The position numbers and the translations under genes were made by a program. From Psammoneis japonica (taxonomy: Eukaryota): a stretch of 64,000 bases of DNA. The stretch covers positions 124,001 through 188,000 of the forward strand of contig QPGO01000064.1 of assembly GCA_008632985.1 (NCBI GenBank), in the 5' to 3' direction. The notes below the pieces were generated by a model that had not been told where the DNA came from, did not search any database, and was given only the letters and a program-made list of their open reading frames with translations. This document shows, in pieces, positions 36,425 through 50,750 of the stretch; within the stretch, counting starts at the first letter, position 1; each line of letters starts with the position of its first letter.

Positions 36425-37421
36425 TGGATACTTCTCATGTGATTCTCAGAGCTCTTTCTCAGGCCACCGGGAAATCAGAATTTGATTTGAAGTTCATGAC
36501 AGATTCTTGCATCTGAATTTAGAAACTGGGTGTGAGAACGCCGACATGTCATTTTTCGGGATTGCGAACGATTGGTCCAGCTGCCTCCTGAGATTGGGCT
36601 CCTGAAAAAGCTGCAGAGATTGAAGATACACAGCTGCAACATCATGGTTCGATTGCCTCCTGAAATCGGCGACCTGACGCATCTGCTAAGATTGTCGCTG
36701 CGCAACTGTGAAAGGCTCGCCGAAATACCATCGGAGATTGGAAAGTTGAAGAACTTGGGGAATTTAACAGTGGTAGCTTGTTCTGCCTTGAAAAGACTGC
36801 CTCCTGACATTGGTGCATGTTCTGAGCTGCGTGGCCTGCATGTCGTCAGGTGCAGGAGCCTCACTGCTTTGCCCTGTGAGATTGATCAGCTGTCTTATCT
36901 GGAGACTTTAGACCTTATGGATTGCACAAACCTAAGGGAAATAACATGTGGCATCGGTGGCTTGGTGAGTCTCAGAAGGTTGGATTTATCTGGTTGCACC
37001 GGGCTCACCGCACTGCCGGTGGAAATCGGCTTGCTGGCAAAGTTAGAGAGCTTGAACCTTTCGCAATGTACGCAATTGACTCACATCCCAACAGAAATAT
37101 TGCATGCACACTCTTGATTTGAGAGGATGCAAGAACCTGAAAACCATGCCCGCGGACATTGGCAATGCCTCCTATTCACTGACAAACATGATCACCCAGA
37201 ATGTCGCTAAAAAAGTTGAAATGAAGTGCTACTGTGACATGAACAGAGCTGGGCGAGGCCTGTTTCGTCGCCGTGACGTGCCGGAGGCGCTTTGGCCCTA
37301 CCTGTTGACGAGTGCGCGAAGCACTGATGACTTTGTATTTTGGTTCTTCAAGAATCATCCCGACGTTTGCATACAAAGGAAGAAAAGAGGGACCAAGCGA
37401 CCCTTGTCGCCCTCTCCTTGA
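36425..37421 (+). CDS. Leucine-rich repeat protein
   Basis: About eight 24-aa LPxEIGxLxxLxxLxLxxC repeats. C-terminal MNRAGR..LWPYLL tail typical of diatom LRR proteins. Apparent frameshifts near 36510 and 37100. Confidence 0.85.
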
Positions 37422-37764
37422 GATTTCGTTATCGATAGTCAGTATATAATAAATTAGTTTCTCTGTTTGTTTTTGCTTCTACTCTAGAGTATCCATGTTC
37501 TTCGTATTGTTGTCCGCGGGAAATACTTCGTCTAAGTTAGCACGGCGCGTCTGCTGAATGAATATTGATGCTGTCTATCAATACAACTATAGTTATATGC
37601 TCCTCCATGCCACAAGATTATAGAGTTTATACTGCAGATATATATTTCTTTTATCTCATGCTGAGCAAATCAATGCTTCTGCTGTCCTCCACGAGCCGAT
37701 ACTCAAGAGCGCCATCATACCAATATTATGCATACGTTTTATGAATCTACCACGAAAATGCCAA

Positions 37765-38193
37765 CTACGCCTTGGCAGGCGAACTAGCTGGCGTATCCAC
37801 CATGTGCTGCTGCATAAGCTCCAAAAAGTCGTCGCGTTCCTCGGTAGCATTCATAATGGACACTCCGGGCTGCGAAAAGACAATCTCGTGCTTGGTATCG
37901 GAGTCCGCCATTTTGATGTGAATCTTGCACACGTTATCCTTCTTTTTCTTTCCAAACAATCCGTCACTGGGAACCTTGGCCTTGGCAACATCACACAAAT
38001 CAATGTGACGCGGGGTGCTTTTGCCCGACACGCTACGAATCAATAGCGCTTTGTCGTCAAGGTAATGAGTACGCGCTCGTTTTCTCCCCAAACGGCAACG
38101 GAGCGCTTGAGTTCCTTCTCGCCAGACTTGGCCTCGACGGCTCCAGTGTCAACCACAAGAGGTGCTTCGGGTAATTCAAGGACAGTCACCATG
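37765..38193 (-). CDS. Hypothetical protein, possibly PH-like fold
   Basis: Two overlapping ORFs joinable by one frameshift near 38045 (LITLTTKR-LLIRS...EERDDFLELM). Confidence 0.5.
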
Positions 38194-38964
38194 GTATTAG
38201 AAAAGATGGTTGTAAGAAGAGATATTTCAAATGATCCAAGCGCCTCTCCGAGAATTGCATTGATCGCGGTCCTCGGGAAAAATGTGAGCACATGGGGAAT
38301 GCTTTATACAGAATTTAGAAGGATATACAAATCTGAACGGCTGTTCATCATAAATGTTTATTCATTCTTTCTAAACATATCAAAATTGAATTTTCAATGA
38401 TACATACATGGCAAAAGCTTAACATTAAGAGTTGTTATGTGATGAAGACGTCATTTCGACTTAGTATCAGTTGTTAAGTACCGTCAAATTTTCTTCAAAA
38501 TTTGCGTCGAAAACGGACAAATTTAGTCAAGTTCCACTCAAACAGACGTCGTACGAACGGTAGCTCGCAATGCCACAAAAAAGATCGGGAGGGAGAACAA
38601 CACGACCACGCGACGACGACATCACGAGATGCCAACCCCCAACGCATCATCTGCTCTTTTCGACGCGGTTGTCTCGTCTATTTGCATCAAGGTCACTAGC
38701 TTTGTCCCTTATCATCAATAGAAGCTGTTGGTTATTGATTATTCTTCGAATCAAGTCTCTAAAACTTTGAAGAAGAAGAGCCAGAGTTGGTCCTCTTTTG
38801 CAGCTCGCAAAGCTCATGGTTTCATCACGCCAAAGAACATTGCGCAAAACAAGCATCGCGGTACTGCTTCTATCCACCGTAGTCACTCAAGGCTTGATGT
38901 TTTCGCGACATACAATGGCTAGATCACAAGAAGTATACCAAGCTGTTTTTCCCGTGCGTTTTCA

Positions 38965-40482
38965 GTGAGCAGAAGAATACCCATTCGCCGAGAAATCTGC
39001 GCTGCACAAACATCTCGGCTCTACAGCAACACATCACCCACTCAAAGTAGTAGTGAAGAAGACGCCATGTACGAGCGTTCTGGATACAAGCGCCCCTCTG
39101 TCAATTGGTATCCCGGTCACATTGCCAAGGCGGAACGTCAATTGGCGGAAACGCTACGAGCCGTGGATGTCGTTGTCGAAGTGCGGGATGCTCGTGCGGC
39201 ACAAGCCACGTCTCATCCGCGTGTGGCAGAATGGTGTGCTGGCAAGCCTCGTATTGTTGTATTGACCCATGCCGATCAAGTGTCTCCACTGTCCATTACG
39301 CAATGGAAACGATCCTATGAGGATTTTGGGCCGAACGGTGGGATGGAGAGGTCAATGCACAAGTAGCAATCAAGCGCAGCAAGCAAAAGATCAACAAACC
39401 AAGGGCGGTAACAACAACAAGACACCAAACTTGAGTGTGTCGCCGGTTCACTCGGTCTTATTTGTCAATGCCAAACAGGGACAGGGGATTTTTGCCCTAC
39501 CAAAGACATTTACAAGGCTGGCGCTCATGTTCAGGAACGACGTCAACGACGTGGTCTCAAGGAACGGCCTCTGCGAGTCGGCATGATTGGATTTCCCAAT
39601 GTCGGCAAGTCAGCGTTGATCAACAAAGTGTTGGGTAGAAGACGTGCCAAGACTGCCAATACTCCGGGAATTACTCGTACTCTGCAATGGATTCGAGTCC
39701 GAACGGAGCATTCAAAGACAAAACGAAAAGAATTCGAGTTATTGGATAGTCCAGGTATTATCCCTGCAAACATGGAGGACCAAGACGCGGCGTTAGTCTT
39801 AGCTGCGTGTAATTGTATTGGAACTGCAGCTTATGATAATCAGGTAAGGATGTACGGGTGGAGAGTGGCTTGTCTTTTCTTCTAACTACGCGGTCTCATG
39901 TTTTTTGTTCTTCCGTACTCCTCTGCGTCGGTTTCCTTCCAATAGTCGGTCGCAGCTTACTTGTGCGAAAGAGTCAAAACACTGGTACTCATGGACAAGG
40001 CTGCGGTGGCTTGTCCCAACTGGCAGGCCAAGGTCAAGGAACGCTATGGATTTGATCCTCTCGAGCTTCAACCATCCGACGACGGATCGATTCGTTACCT
40101 TACCGGAGAAGACATGCTGTTTCGTGTCGCGGATTCCAAGTGTCGTGGGAGTCCGGAGGATGCATCACGCATGATTTTGCAAGATTTCCGTACGGGGCGT
40201 TGGGGACAAATGTCACTACAGTTGGCACCGCAGTCCAAGGATAGTGAAGGGCAGTTGCATGTCAATGTACAACGAGGTGCGTCTGCAACTCAACCCTTGC
40301 AGTCTAGACAAGACATGGAGCGTGAATTGGAAAAGGCACGAATGGAACGAGCACGTGCTGCTGTGGAACGGGCGCAAAAAGACGGACTGGAGCTACCGCC
40401 AATTGTGACAGCAGAGAAGGAAACAAAGGAGAAGGAAGCAGACGAAGAAGAAGTCGGAAAGGGGCTCTTTGATGGCTGGTAG
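38965..40482 (+). CDS. rbgA: RbgA/YlqF circularly permuted ribosome biogenesis GTPase (organellar)
   Basis: [47 protein letters not shown]. Intron about 39843-39945. Frameshifts at 39330-39500. True start uncertain. Confidence 0.92.
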
Positions 40483-41045
40483 TTTTGTTTGATGCAACTT
40501 GCTCGGCCACCTGAACTACTGATTCATTTGAGCTGTACCTGATGGGTCCCTTTTTGTCGACCTACCCGTAAAGAGAGGCACGTGTTGTCGGACTTCTTTT
40601 TCTCGTTTTCAATCATGCGCTTTCAAGAGGGTTGATCGATTAGCAAGGGACTTTTACGGGGTTATCTCTGATCCATCGACAGATCGATTTATGCTAAGGC
40701 AATGACGTCTCTTTCACAAAGAGTTTTCATGCATAGTCGTCCAGGAGATTCTCAGTTACTCAAAGATTAGATTAACCTTCCAAGCGGATGATGAGCTATG
40801 GCTGATGAGTGACAAATCAGCGATTCGACTTAAAATACTCGGAGCTTCGCTACTTGCATCGTGCTTCATCAGCCGAATGGCATCAGGCAGAGCGGGTAGG
40901 GCCCTAGAGTAGAAGGAATTTGGAAGACCAGGGATTAGATTTTGGAGAAGATTACGGGATTCCTTCGTTTTCATCCCATTCGTGCATCAACGTGCTGTAC
41001 ATATTCTCCTCACACTTTAATTTCGGAAAGTAAGGCCGATTCAAG

Positions 41046-42288
41046 ATGCTCTCATTATTACGCAAGAAGAAGAAAAAAAGCAATCCTGGTTGGTCTTCCC
41101 CTCGAGAACTGGAGGCTGCTGATGGTTTTGTTCTTGAGTTTGTTCCTGTCGACTCTTCAAGCGGGCGTATCAGGGTCGGGGACTCCTTGTTTCTTTCTGC
41201 AACAAGCACGACTGAATTGAGCCATTGCGCTGAGTGGATTGCTACCCAACTATGTAAGAAGAATCTTGGCGTTCATCGCCTGGCAATGGGTCTCGGAGAC
41301 TTTGGCGCAACAACAATGCGCTGGCGCGACGGCGGAAAAATACCCTCCTTGTTGTCACCCTGCGACTCGGAACGCCCTGCGGTCGTCGGGGACTTTCTTT
41401 GCCATGACCTCCCTATCATTGTTAAGTATGAAGGATGCAAGAAAGGGATCCTTGATGTGTTTGTCAAGACTTTGACTGGCAAGACGCTATCTCTCGACAT
41501 AAATCCTACGGACACCATCGACGATCTCAAGAGCAGGATACAGGACACAGAAGGCGTTCCTCCGGATCAGCAGCGTCTCCTCTTTGCTGGAAAGCAGCTT
41601 GAGGATGGCCGCACTCTCTTGGAATACAATGTTCAGAATGAGTCAACCGTCCACATGAGCCTTAGTCTTCGTGGTGGAGGTGATTTTGTCGATGTCACAC
41701 GCACTGACTCGTTGAAGACTGAGTCTTGGAATAGATCGGCGCCAGATTGGCGACTCGCGGATAAGGGACTTGTCCTTGAAGGTGTCTGTCGAAACCGTAA
41801 CTGTAAAGCCTTCAAGCAGATGGTTGTCATGAATCTAGGTTTCAGTGCTTTTGATCTCGTGTCTCCGAGCGAAGCGTCGAAAAGCCGTTGCAAGTGCCCC
41901 ATGTGCAAACAGTCCGTGGAGCCCATCAAGCCAGGCTTCAATAATGCCTTTGAAAGTCTCTGCTGTCAAGAAAAGCTCTCCTCGGAGTGTCTTTCACCAT
42001 CCTTGGACAATGGCCGGCAACGAATACACCACTTACGACGAGCATGTGGCTGGAATGACGGAGTTTGCTCGCCTCCAGGTCTTTGTTCGTCCATTGACGT
42101 CATTGGGAGACCAGACATGTGGTGCTCTTCCACCAGTCAATAGCTGTTGTGCTATTTGTCTGGACGACTTGCCACCGGGTCGCTGCGACAAAGTTCAGCA
42201 CGAGAGCCGCTGTGGGCACTACTTTCATCCCTGGTGTGCTTCCATGTGGAGGGATTCGCAGATCCGCGGTGGTGAGCCCCCTTCTTGA
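41046..42288 (+). CDS. Protein with internal ubiquitin domain, Cys-rich domain and C-terminal RING-H2
   Basis: [36 protein letters not shown], then APDWR..EGVC..CPMC..PGFNN, then CAICLDD..CGHYFH..C. Frameshift near 41950. Confidence 0.85.
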
Positions 42289-43046
42289 CCATTGTGTCGT
42301 GCTTCGAAGTGAGAAGTGGCTTGCATGTCTATCAATTAGTTATTCGAATATGATGTTCAGCCGTTCTGTAATCGATCCCATTTTGTAGTATGTGTGTGAC
42401 GCCGCAAGAAGAACCTTTTGAGCTTTGATGACATGCGACCGCGTCACAGGTTCCCGAGAGCCTTTACGGCATGCCTCTCGTACGCACCGTGCCACATCCA
42501 CATTTCTAAAGCAAAAGAGAGTAGATTTCGATCATGAGGTGACAAACAGAATTCTTAATTTTTTGCAGTACAATAAAAGAAGAAACCTGTTGTTGCTAAT
42601 TGTCGGCATCAGCATTTATCTCTTGTCCTTTACCCAGTCCAGAGTCAAGCAATCCAGGGCCTGACGCTCCAGCGTGTTGGAAAATATCGACTCCGGGTGC
42701 GAACGAACGAACAAACTAACTCGACAATAGGTCGAATCCAAGTGTTGAACTGTTTCCCAAGATTACTCCTAAAATTAAACTCGCTCAAACTGATCGATTA
42801 ATCGCTCAACTGGTCCCACACAGCAAAGACAAGAAATCCTCTTATGTGGGCTTTGCCGTCTCAATCGCCACTTAGACTCTAGTAGGTCCTCTTGACCCTC
42901 TCGACTTCGCTCTCGCCTTTGCTATGCAGTCACACCATATATGCCAGAGCCGCGTCACGCTCGAAATTTTTCTGGGGCATCCACGACTAATCTCGCTTCA
43001 CCTCCACCACAACAAACCAAAACACACCTGTCTGACCCTTGCGACG

Positions 43047-44900
43047 ATGGGAATCAAACACCTTTGGAAGGCGGCGCTTGGAGCAATTAACACTGCACCA
43101 TCCGGACCCTTTGGTGTTGCCAAGGACACCATTGTTGGTGTTGATTTGTCCGTGTGTGGCTTCACAAAAGCTGTCACAGCAAGCGCAGCCAATGAAGGCG
43201 CCGCACAAAGTTTGATGTCACAGCTGCATCCACTGACTGGGTCACTGTGTCTCTTCAGTGTGTGCATCACAAGCTTGTTTCTGATGGATTGTGCTGCATC
43301 ATTCATTTGATGGATGCTGCCATCCCATGAAGAGTGTTGCTGAGCTGTGCATGACAAAAAAAGTCAAACCTCAAGGACAGATGCAGAACTTTGTCAGCCG
43401 GGCCAAGGCCAATGAGCCAGTGATGGAACAAGATCATTTGATGGCTTCATCCAAGATTCATGATCTGTGTGACCCTGATGCCAGTGCAGTGTCACACTTG
43501 ACAAAGGAGTGGTGGATGGAGCCAGAAGGTGTCAAATGCGAGTGCGCGCCTTTTGAAGCTGAGCATCAACTTGTGACGAAAATGGACGCAGAAGGTTGGA
43601 TCAACAGCATTGTGACTGAAGATGGAGATGCAACAAATTTGGGTGCAAAGTTGTTTTCTTTAAGGTTGACCTGCAAAATGGAAAGTGGAAAGTGCGCAAA
43701 AGGGATGTGTTGCCAGATGAATGTTCAGTGTCAAAATGCAAACTTGAAGACTGGCCGGCTGCAGCAGCTAATTTGCTTGGATCTGATTGCAACAAAAGAG
43801 TTGACAACATTAGATTCTCATGTGTCTTCACCAAGATTCTTCCCGGGCAAACAGATTTCCCAGGCAAAGCTTTGGAGAAAGCTGTCAGAGAAGGCGCCAT
43901 TGTCCTGCACTTGATGCTGATGGAAGCCTGGTGCCACAGAGGGCACTCCTGCAATCAATGGAACATGGGTTTGGGGGTCTGTGGTTGGTTTTGGGAAACC
44001 AGATCTGGCAGATCTGCCACCAGCTGCAGCGGCAGACTGTGGAAGGGCTCAGTGATTTGATGGGGCAGTCTTTGCAAGAGTTTCCAACTCCTGAGTGTGG
44101 AGCAGCAGAGAATGATGAGGCAGCAGGACAAGTGCTTCCATGGCTTGCATGTTTGAACTTCAATTTGGTTTTTGCCAAGTGCCTTGCAATGGATGTCCTT
44201 CAGCCAATGTTGGATTGCCGTGTTGTGCAGATGCCCAGAGACTGGTGGCCATGACACAGTCAAGGCCATGGCATCTGATCTTAGACTTCACCACATGTGA
44301 GTGTTGGAGCCTGAAAATTTTCCCACTCAGATCAGGCAATGGCCAGTTCACAAGGTGCTTGAGCTGGCGGACGCATCTGAGGGTTGTTGGGATCATGCAT
44401 GTCATTTTGAAAAAGCAAGTGAGCTGGAATCCTGCGATGGCTCAGTGCCAGAAAGCTTCTCCATCCAAATGATGGTGATGAGCACAATCTTCAATGCAGG
44501 CTTCTGTTGCTTGACAGTGGAAGTTTGCTTGCACAGGTGCCACTCAATTTGAGCAGTTTTGGGTTCTTGTGGATGGCACACTCATTTGGCCTTTCAAGTT
44601 GCGCTGCATTCTTTCTTGAAAACTGACGCTGTGTCATCCAGTCTGGAGTCCTTGTAAAGAAGAAGATGCAAAAGGGACACATGCCACCACATGTGGGCTT
44701 TGATGAAGAAACAAAGAAATTTCTTCAGCACCTGTTTTCATGCTGTGTGGCTGCTGTGATGAAAGAGAGATGTGCTTGCACACAATTGCAACACTGTCAA
44801 TGTCCGACAAATTCAAAGGTGTTGCAGTGGAAACATTTTTGAAGTGTCAATGCCTGGGTTTCCACTTGACCAATCCCCAATGCCGGTTGAACAACTCACA
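43047..44900 (+). pseudogene. XPG/Exo1-like nuclease relic with possible downstream SWIM finger
   Basis: MGIKHLW, VGVDLS, FDG..HPMK, APFEAEHQL and TEDGD across frameshifts. CGCCDEREMCLH (CxC-x5/6-CxH) near 44745. Confidence 0.72.
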
Positions 44901-45012
44901 TTTCAAGAGAAAAAAAAGATCTGCGCACATGGCGGCCCAAGCAGCTTTCTCTCAGATGGAAAGAAGAGACAGCAGCAGCAACTGCAATGATGACAATGAC
45001 GTCAAAACAAAT

Positions 45013-45739
45013 NNNNNNNNNNNNNNNNNNNNNNNNNNNNNNNNNNNNNNNNNNNNNNNNNNNNNNNNNNNNNNNNNNNNNNNNNNNNNNNNNNNNNNNN
45101 NNNNNNNNNNNNNNNNNNNNNNNNNNNNNNNNNNNNNNNNNNNNNNNNNNNNNNNNNNNNNNNNNNNNNNNNNNNNNNNNNNNNNNNNNNNNNNNNNNNN
45201 NNNNNNNNNNNNNNNNNNNNNNNNNNNNNNNNNNNNNNNNNNNNNNNNNNNNNNNNNNNNNNNNNNNNNNNNNNNNNNNNNNNNNNNNNNNNNNNNNNNN
45301 NNNNNNNNNNNNNNNNNNNNNNNNNNNNNNNNNNNNNNNNNNNNNNNNNNNNNNNNNNNNNNNNNNNNNNNNNNNNNNNNNNNNNNNNNNNNNNNNNNNN
45401 NNNNNNNNNNNNNNNNNNNNNNNNNNNNNNNNNNNNNNNNNNNNNNNNNNNNNNNNNNNNNNNNNNNNNNNNNNNNNNNNNNNNNNNNNNNNNNNNNNNN
45501 NNNNNNNNNNNNNNNNNNNNNNNNNNNNNNNNNNNNNNNNNNNNNNNNNNNNNNNNNNNNNNNNNNNNNNNNNNNNNNNNNNNNNNNNNNNNNNNNNNNN
45601 NNNNNNNNNNNNNNNNNNNNNNNNNNNNNNNNNNNNNNNNNNNNNNNNNNNNNNNNNNNNNNNNNNNNNNNNNNNNNNNNNNNNNNNNNNNNNNNNNNNN
45701 NNNNNNNNNNNNNNNNNNNNNNNNNNNNNNNNNNNNNNN
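45013..45739. other. Assembly gap
   Basis: 727 N. Confidence 1.
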
Positions 45740-48700
45740 CTTTTTTCAAATCTGCAAAAAAATGTGCTGCTTGTCAAATGTCAGACACTCCAGCAGTTGC
45801 CTGGAAGACCACTGTTCCCACCTGGCTTGTGGAGCAGCAACCCAAGGTTCATTTCTGCATGGGCCAGTTCCAGCCCGCAGAGCAGAAGGCAGAGATTCTC
45901 CATCAGAACATTGTCTCAGAGCCCTGAAACTGACACCAGCCAAGTGAAGGGGCAACTTCTGCAGGATGTCTCACCAACACAGATCATGGCTGTTGTCAGG
46001 CAGCTCCAAAACATCACATGCTGCTTTGCTTCTTGAGTCCATGAAACACAAGGCATGCATGTTCTGTGTTCTGTTTGTGTGGCGTGCAGAAACAAGCATT
46101 TGTTTTTTTTTTTGAAACTTTGTTGCCAAGTCCTTCTGTGTCATGTGGCAGTTTGTAGAGATGCAAGAAAACATCCAGCGGTGACTCATTCTCTGGTGTG
46201 TGATCCACAGGAGCAAATTTGCTGCCCATCCAATGAAGCAGAGGATCCCATCAAAGCCCGCTGGTGATTTCAAGATGTGATGTGCCAAACATGCATTGCC
46301 ACAGCATCTTGCAATCACGGAGTTGATGCAAACATTCAAACAACTCAAGTTGTTGCAGAAATGACTCTGGCACATTTTGTGGAGACAAGAAAGAGCTTTC
46401 TGGCTGACATCTTGCATGTGTTGCTTGTCTTCTTGAAGCAGAAAGTTGCTTTGTTGCTCCCGGCTTCTCACGGCTTGCTGCATGCTTTGTCAATCATGCA
46501 GCTTGTTTGAAGAACCATGCATCATCAGCCTTTTCAATTGTCAAGTTGCATGTTGAGGTTGCTGTGGGAGCAGAGTTTGACTCTGAACAAAAGTCAAATT
46601 CTGTGCCACATGTGTCATTGCCTTCATTGTCAGAGCAGCTCATTGTGTCACTCCAGCTGCCATCAGAGCTGTCAGAGGCAAATTCTGATCCTGTGCATGC
46701 ACCCAACAAATGTCAATCATTTTGGTCCCACCAACGTGCTTGTGTCTGGTTGGCTTGTCATCAACCAACATCTGCCAAAAGGTTGTCAAGTTTGTCCCTG
46801 TCTCACCAAATCCAGCTGCAAAGCCCAACACATCAAGGTCTTGCATTGCACGTGCATTTTGCATGATCTTTCCAGTCTGCTGTCAGAGCTTTTCCTGGGG
46901 GCATGTCCAATGATTTCACAATCTTGCTCTCTTCGGCATGTGGCTCCACAGGCTCAAGTGTGCTCAAATGACAAAGTGCAACCACCACAATGTTGACCCG
47001 CCTGCTGATGTTCCAAGCAGCCCATCTCATTGCTTTGCTTGTTTTGGTGTGCAACATGGTCCTTGCACTTTGGAGCTTGTTTTGCAAGGTGTGCCCTTGC
47101 CATCAAGATGAATGAATTCCTGGCAAGATTCATTCTTTCAAACTCATCAGGCATCTCCTCAGAAAAGCAGTCACAAGGCATTGGAAGGATTGACAGAAAT
47201 TCTCTGCAAGTGCCCCATCTTGGCTGGTGCCCACCAGCTCAAGTGTTTCAGAGTGCACACTTGTGATGCACCAAACTCTTGGCCAGTGATTTTCTGCACT
47301 GGGCAGCAATGAATGAAACATTCAACAATCAATGCCTGCTCAAACCAACTTGGGTGTTCTGGCTTGTTGCACTGGAGTTTTCCAGTGCTCTCATCCAAGG
47401 TGGATTTCTGGATGCTCCAAAGGAACATCAAGAAAAAATGTTTGAACATGGAGCCTCAGCTCTTGACATGCAGCAAGCCCAAACATGTCTTTGGCACCTG
47501 CGGGTTGTTCTTGTGCCATGACAATGATGTCAGCTGGTGCTGTTTGGCAGCATCACTGTCCAGAAAATCTGCAGCAAGCTGCTCTGTGTCTGTTGATGAA
47601 TGAGAGGAATTCATTGATTGATGAGGTGTTGGCAACAAAGAAGATTTCTGGCATTTGCAACACTCTGCCAACTGCTTGCTTGTTTTCAGACTTTGCGCTG
47701 TTTCCCGTGCAGTGGAAAGCAACTCTCTTCCACATGGTGGCTGCCAGTGATTTGTTGCCAGTTGCCCTTAAACTCCCCATCAGTGGCAACACATTTTCTT
47801 TGTTGGTGCTCTTTCATTCTTGTTTTTCATTGACACAATCACCGCCAAACAAGCGTCTCTCAAATGATTCATTGCAATCATTGAGCTTTGCAAAGGTGGC
47901 TTGTTGTTGCCTTGTAACAGCCCACTGCTTCTGCTGGATTGCTCCATTTTTCTTGAGCTGATTTTTCTTGGCACATTTGAGAACAGAGAAAGAATCATGG
48001 TGCTTCATTTCAAACAGAAGCACTTGCCAGGGTTGTGTGGCAAAGCTTGGCAAGCTCCACTGATCTCAATGGAGCAGATGGCTTCTTGCCCTTGTCACAA
48101 GTGCACCATTTGTGTGATGCCATGCAGACAATCAGCAGAGATCACACAGCTGGGCAAGCCAAGGCAAAGGGGCTCACCACTCAGCAACCCCATCACTGGG
48201 ATCTGCCCTTGTTGCACCAAAGAAGGCTCCTTGTGTCAGCAGAAATCCCTGCAGCTCAGGGTGGCAGTTGAGAGGGGGAGCAGGAAGTTCCTCCAGACAA
48301 AGCCATCATTTGCCTCCTTGCACCATTGCTTGAATGTGTCCTCCAACACAACAGCTTGTTGGCATGCTTCCAAAACCAAACAAACAAAAGGGCGGTGCAT
48401 TGGATCCTCTTGCTTGCCACTTGAGTTGGCTCCTTTGAAATGTCCTCCAAAATCTTGGGGCAGAACAGAAGCACAGCAGCAGCAAGCAACATCAAGAGAT
48501 CAGTGCCAAATCCCTTTGCATTGATGAAGAAGAGAAGACAAAATGCTCAACCTTCTCTGACTCTGTCACAATGTTGCTCATCAAGGGAGAGCAGCCACCA
48601 CAAATGTTTTTCCATCATGTGGATGGCACCTTCCAGCCACCCAGTGCCTTGCCACACTCCTTGTCCATCCTCTCTGTTCCTTGCACACAGTCAAACAAAC

Positions 48701-50299
48701 TGTGCGCATTCTCAAATCCCAGTCTGATCAAAACATCTGTGGAACTCCAGCAGCAGAGGGTGAGTGAGCCATCTCCATCTCAGAGTCTTTCTTCCTTTGA
48801 CAAGATTTTGTCAGGGCATTCAGTGGCCCAAAGCACCATGAGTGTGTCAGATCGCCAGGTCCATGGGGCCCCTCCTGTGGCCACCATCTTCATCTTCCTC
48901 ATCATTGTCTTCGTTGCCATCATCAAGCATTGCAAGTTCAATGTGTGCCTCATGGAGCTGGGCCAACTTGGAGCAGGAGGCTGGCCACAGTTTTGACACA
49001 TTGCTGGACTCTTTCTCTGTGTCATTGTTGCAGGGAGTCATGGCCACCTTTCCAAACCTGGGAAACAACAAGTCAGAATTGCTGTGCTCAGCTGGCATCA
49101 TCACAAGAAGAAACATGGCAAAGGCAACCCAGCAGCCAAGCTTCCAACTGTCCTGGCAAGAGACAAGAGGAATGCAGAGGCCAAAAGTGGCGGCATTTGG
49201 GGTTGGTTCAGTCAATTCAGCTGAGAGAGCATGACGACTTCTTGTCTGGAGTGCTCACCTGATGAAATGGACATCATCCAAGCACATGACATTGACTTGT
49301 TTGCTCAAATTCAGCTGAGCACAAGTGTTGCTGACCCAACAAGGGTGCATTTTCAAATGCTGGTGCTTGTTTGTCTTGTGCCTCATGATGCTGTGAACAA
49401 CAACTGGGCAGTCCATGTTTCTTCATGCTGCATCACAACAAAATTTTTTTGCTTTCCTCCAATGGCTGCTTCAGCTCCTCTGCCAGAAGCCTGGAACAAG
49501 CAATCATCCAAGAAGCAAAATTCAAATGACTCTGAGTTGCCAACCCAAATGACAGCGAGTGCCACAGCCTCCCCATGTTGTTGTGTGGATGCCTTGCAAT
49601 GGTTCAATGGTGGTTGTCTTCATGTCTGACAGCAGCTTCTTGGACCACCTTTCAGCTGTGAGTGCTGTGGGGCTGTGATTGTCGGGGTGCCTCTGGATGA
49701 GGCACACCTTTGTTGCACTGGCAGATGGCAGACCAAGTTGCAGAGCCAAGCAAAAGGCTCTGTGCAGTTGGTGCCTTGCTGCAAAATGGCACTTTGCGCC
49801 GTTGGCCAGGCAGACCAGAAACCCCTCCATCAGGTTGGCACTCTGATGTCTTGGTGCCTAAAATCTTCAACATGATGTCTGAGTGCCTGCAGTGCTTCAG
49901 GTGGTGACAGACTTGTTTGAGAGCCTTCCTCTGCTTCTTCTTCTCTCTCTCTCTTTGCTTCTTCTGTTTTCACGGCAAGGAGCAAGGGCCAAAGCAGATG
50001 TGAAGAAGTTGGCAGGGACCAAAGATGCTCCATTTGGCGGGTCTGCTGCTGCTGTGCCCAGGGCTGGGCCAGCCCAAGTGGGGTGCACTGGTGTCTCATC
50101 TGCACAGAGAGCGCAACCCAGGTCATTCCATCTGGTGGCATCTTCCAAGCCTTCTCTTCCTCCACCTTGTCTTCAAGTCTTGCCAGACCATGCTGCATGC
50201 CACCCATCCTTCTTCACCCTGTGAAACATGAAAGATTGTGAACAAACAACAACATTTTCAGCTGAACTTGATGAAAATGGGTTGCACAGCACTTGATTC

Positions 50300-50750
50300 A
50301 ATGTGCCGTAACTTGAAACCAAGTTCATGGACTGTTTTCATCGACATGGGTGCTTGGCTGGATTTCCATCCCAGAGCTGCGAGTCCAGCCACCCATGTGT
50401 TGAAGACATGCCAGAAGTTTGGATTCCACTTTGATCACATTTGTGCCTTTGAGATCACCAAGAAGATGCCTGAAGAAGCATTCAGGCTTGTTCTGGACAG
50501 TTGTTTCATTCACATCATTGGATCAATGTTGGTGTGAGTGCGGAGAAGGGTCATCGTCTCAATCCATTGTCCACCAGCACATTGTCCAAGTTTCAACCAG
50601 ATGACTTTGTCAAGGTCAAGCTTGACACTGACATGCCTTCCATTGGGGTTCCGTTGGCGTGTCAGGTGTTGGAAGAGGAGAGACACCATGGTGAGATTGA
50701 CCAGTTAAATCAAGGATGGCACAAAGCTCTTTCACGAACTTCGTAAGAAG
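50300..50750 (+). pseudogene. Fragment of a FkbM/SAM-methyltransferase-like algal family gene
   Basis: VFIDMGA.LDFH, KFGFHFDHI(Y>C)AFE, HWINVGVS..NPL, DDFVKVKLD.D, with a frameshift. Confidence 0.55.

Noticed and set aside
44740..46036. Long ORFs of 265-395 aa
   Set aside because: They are artefacts of translating through the N gap.
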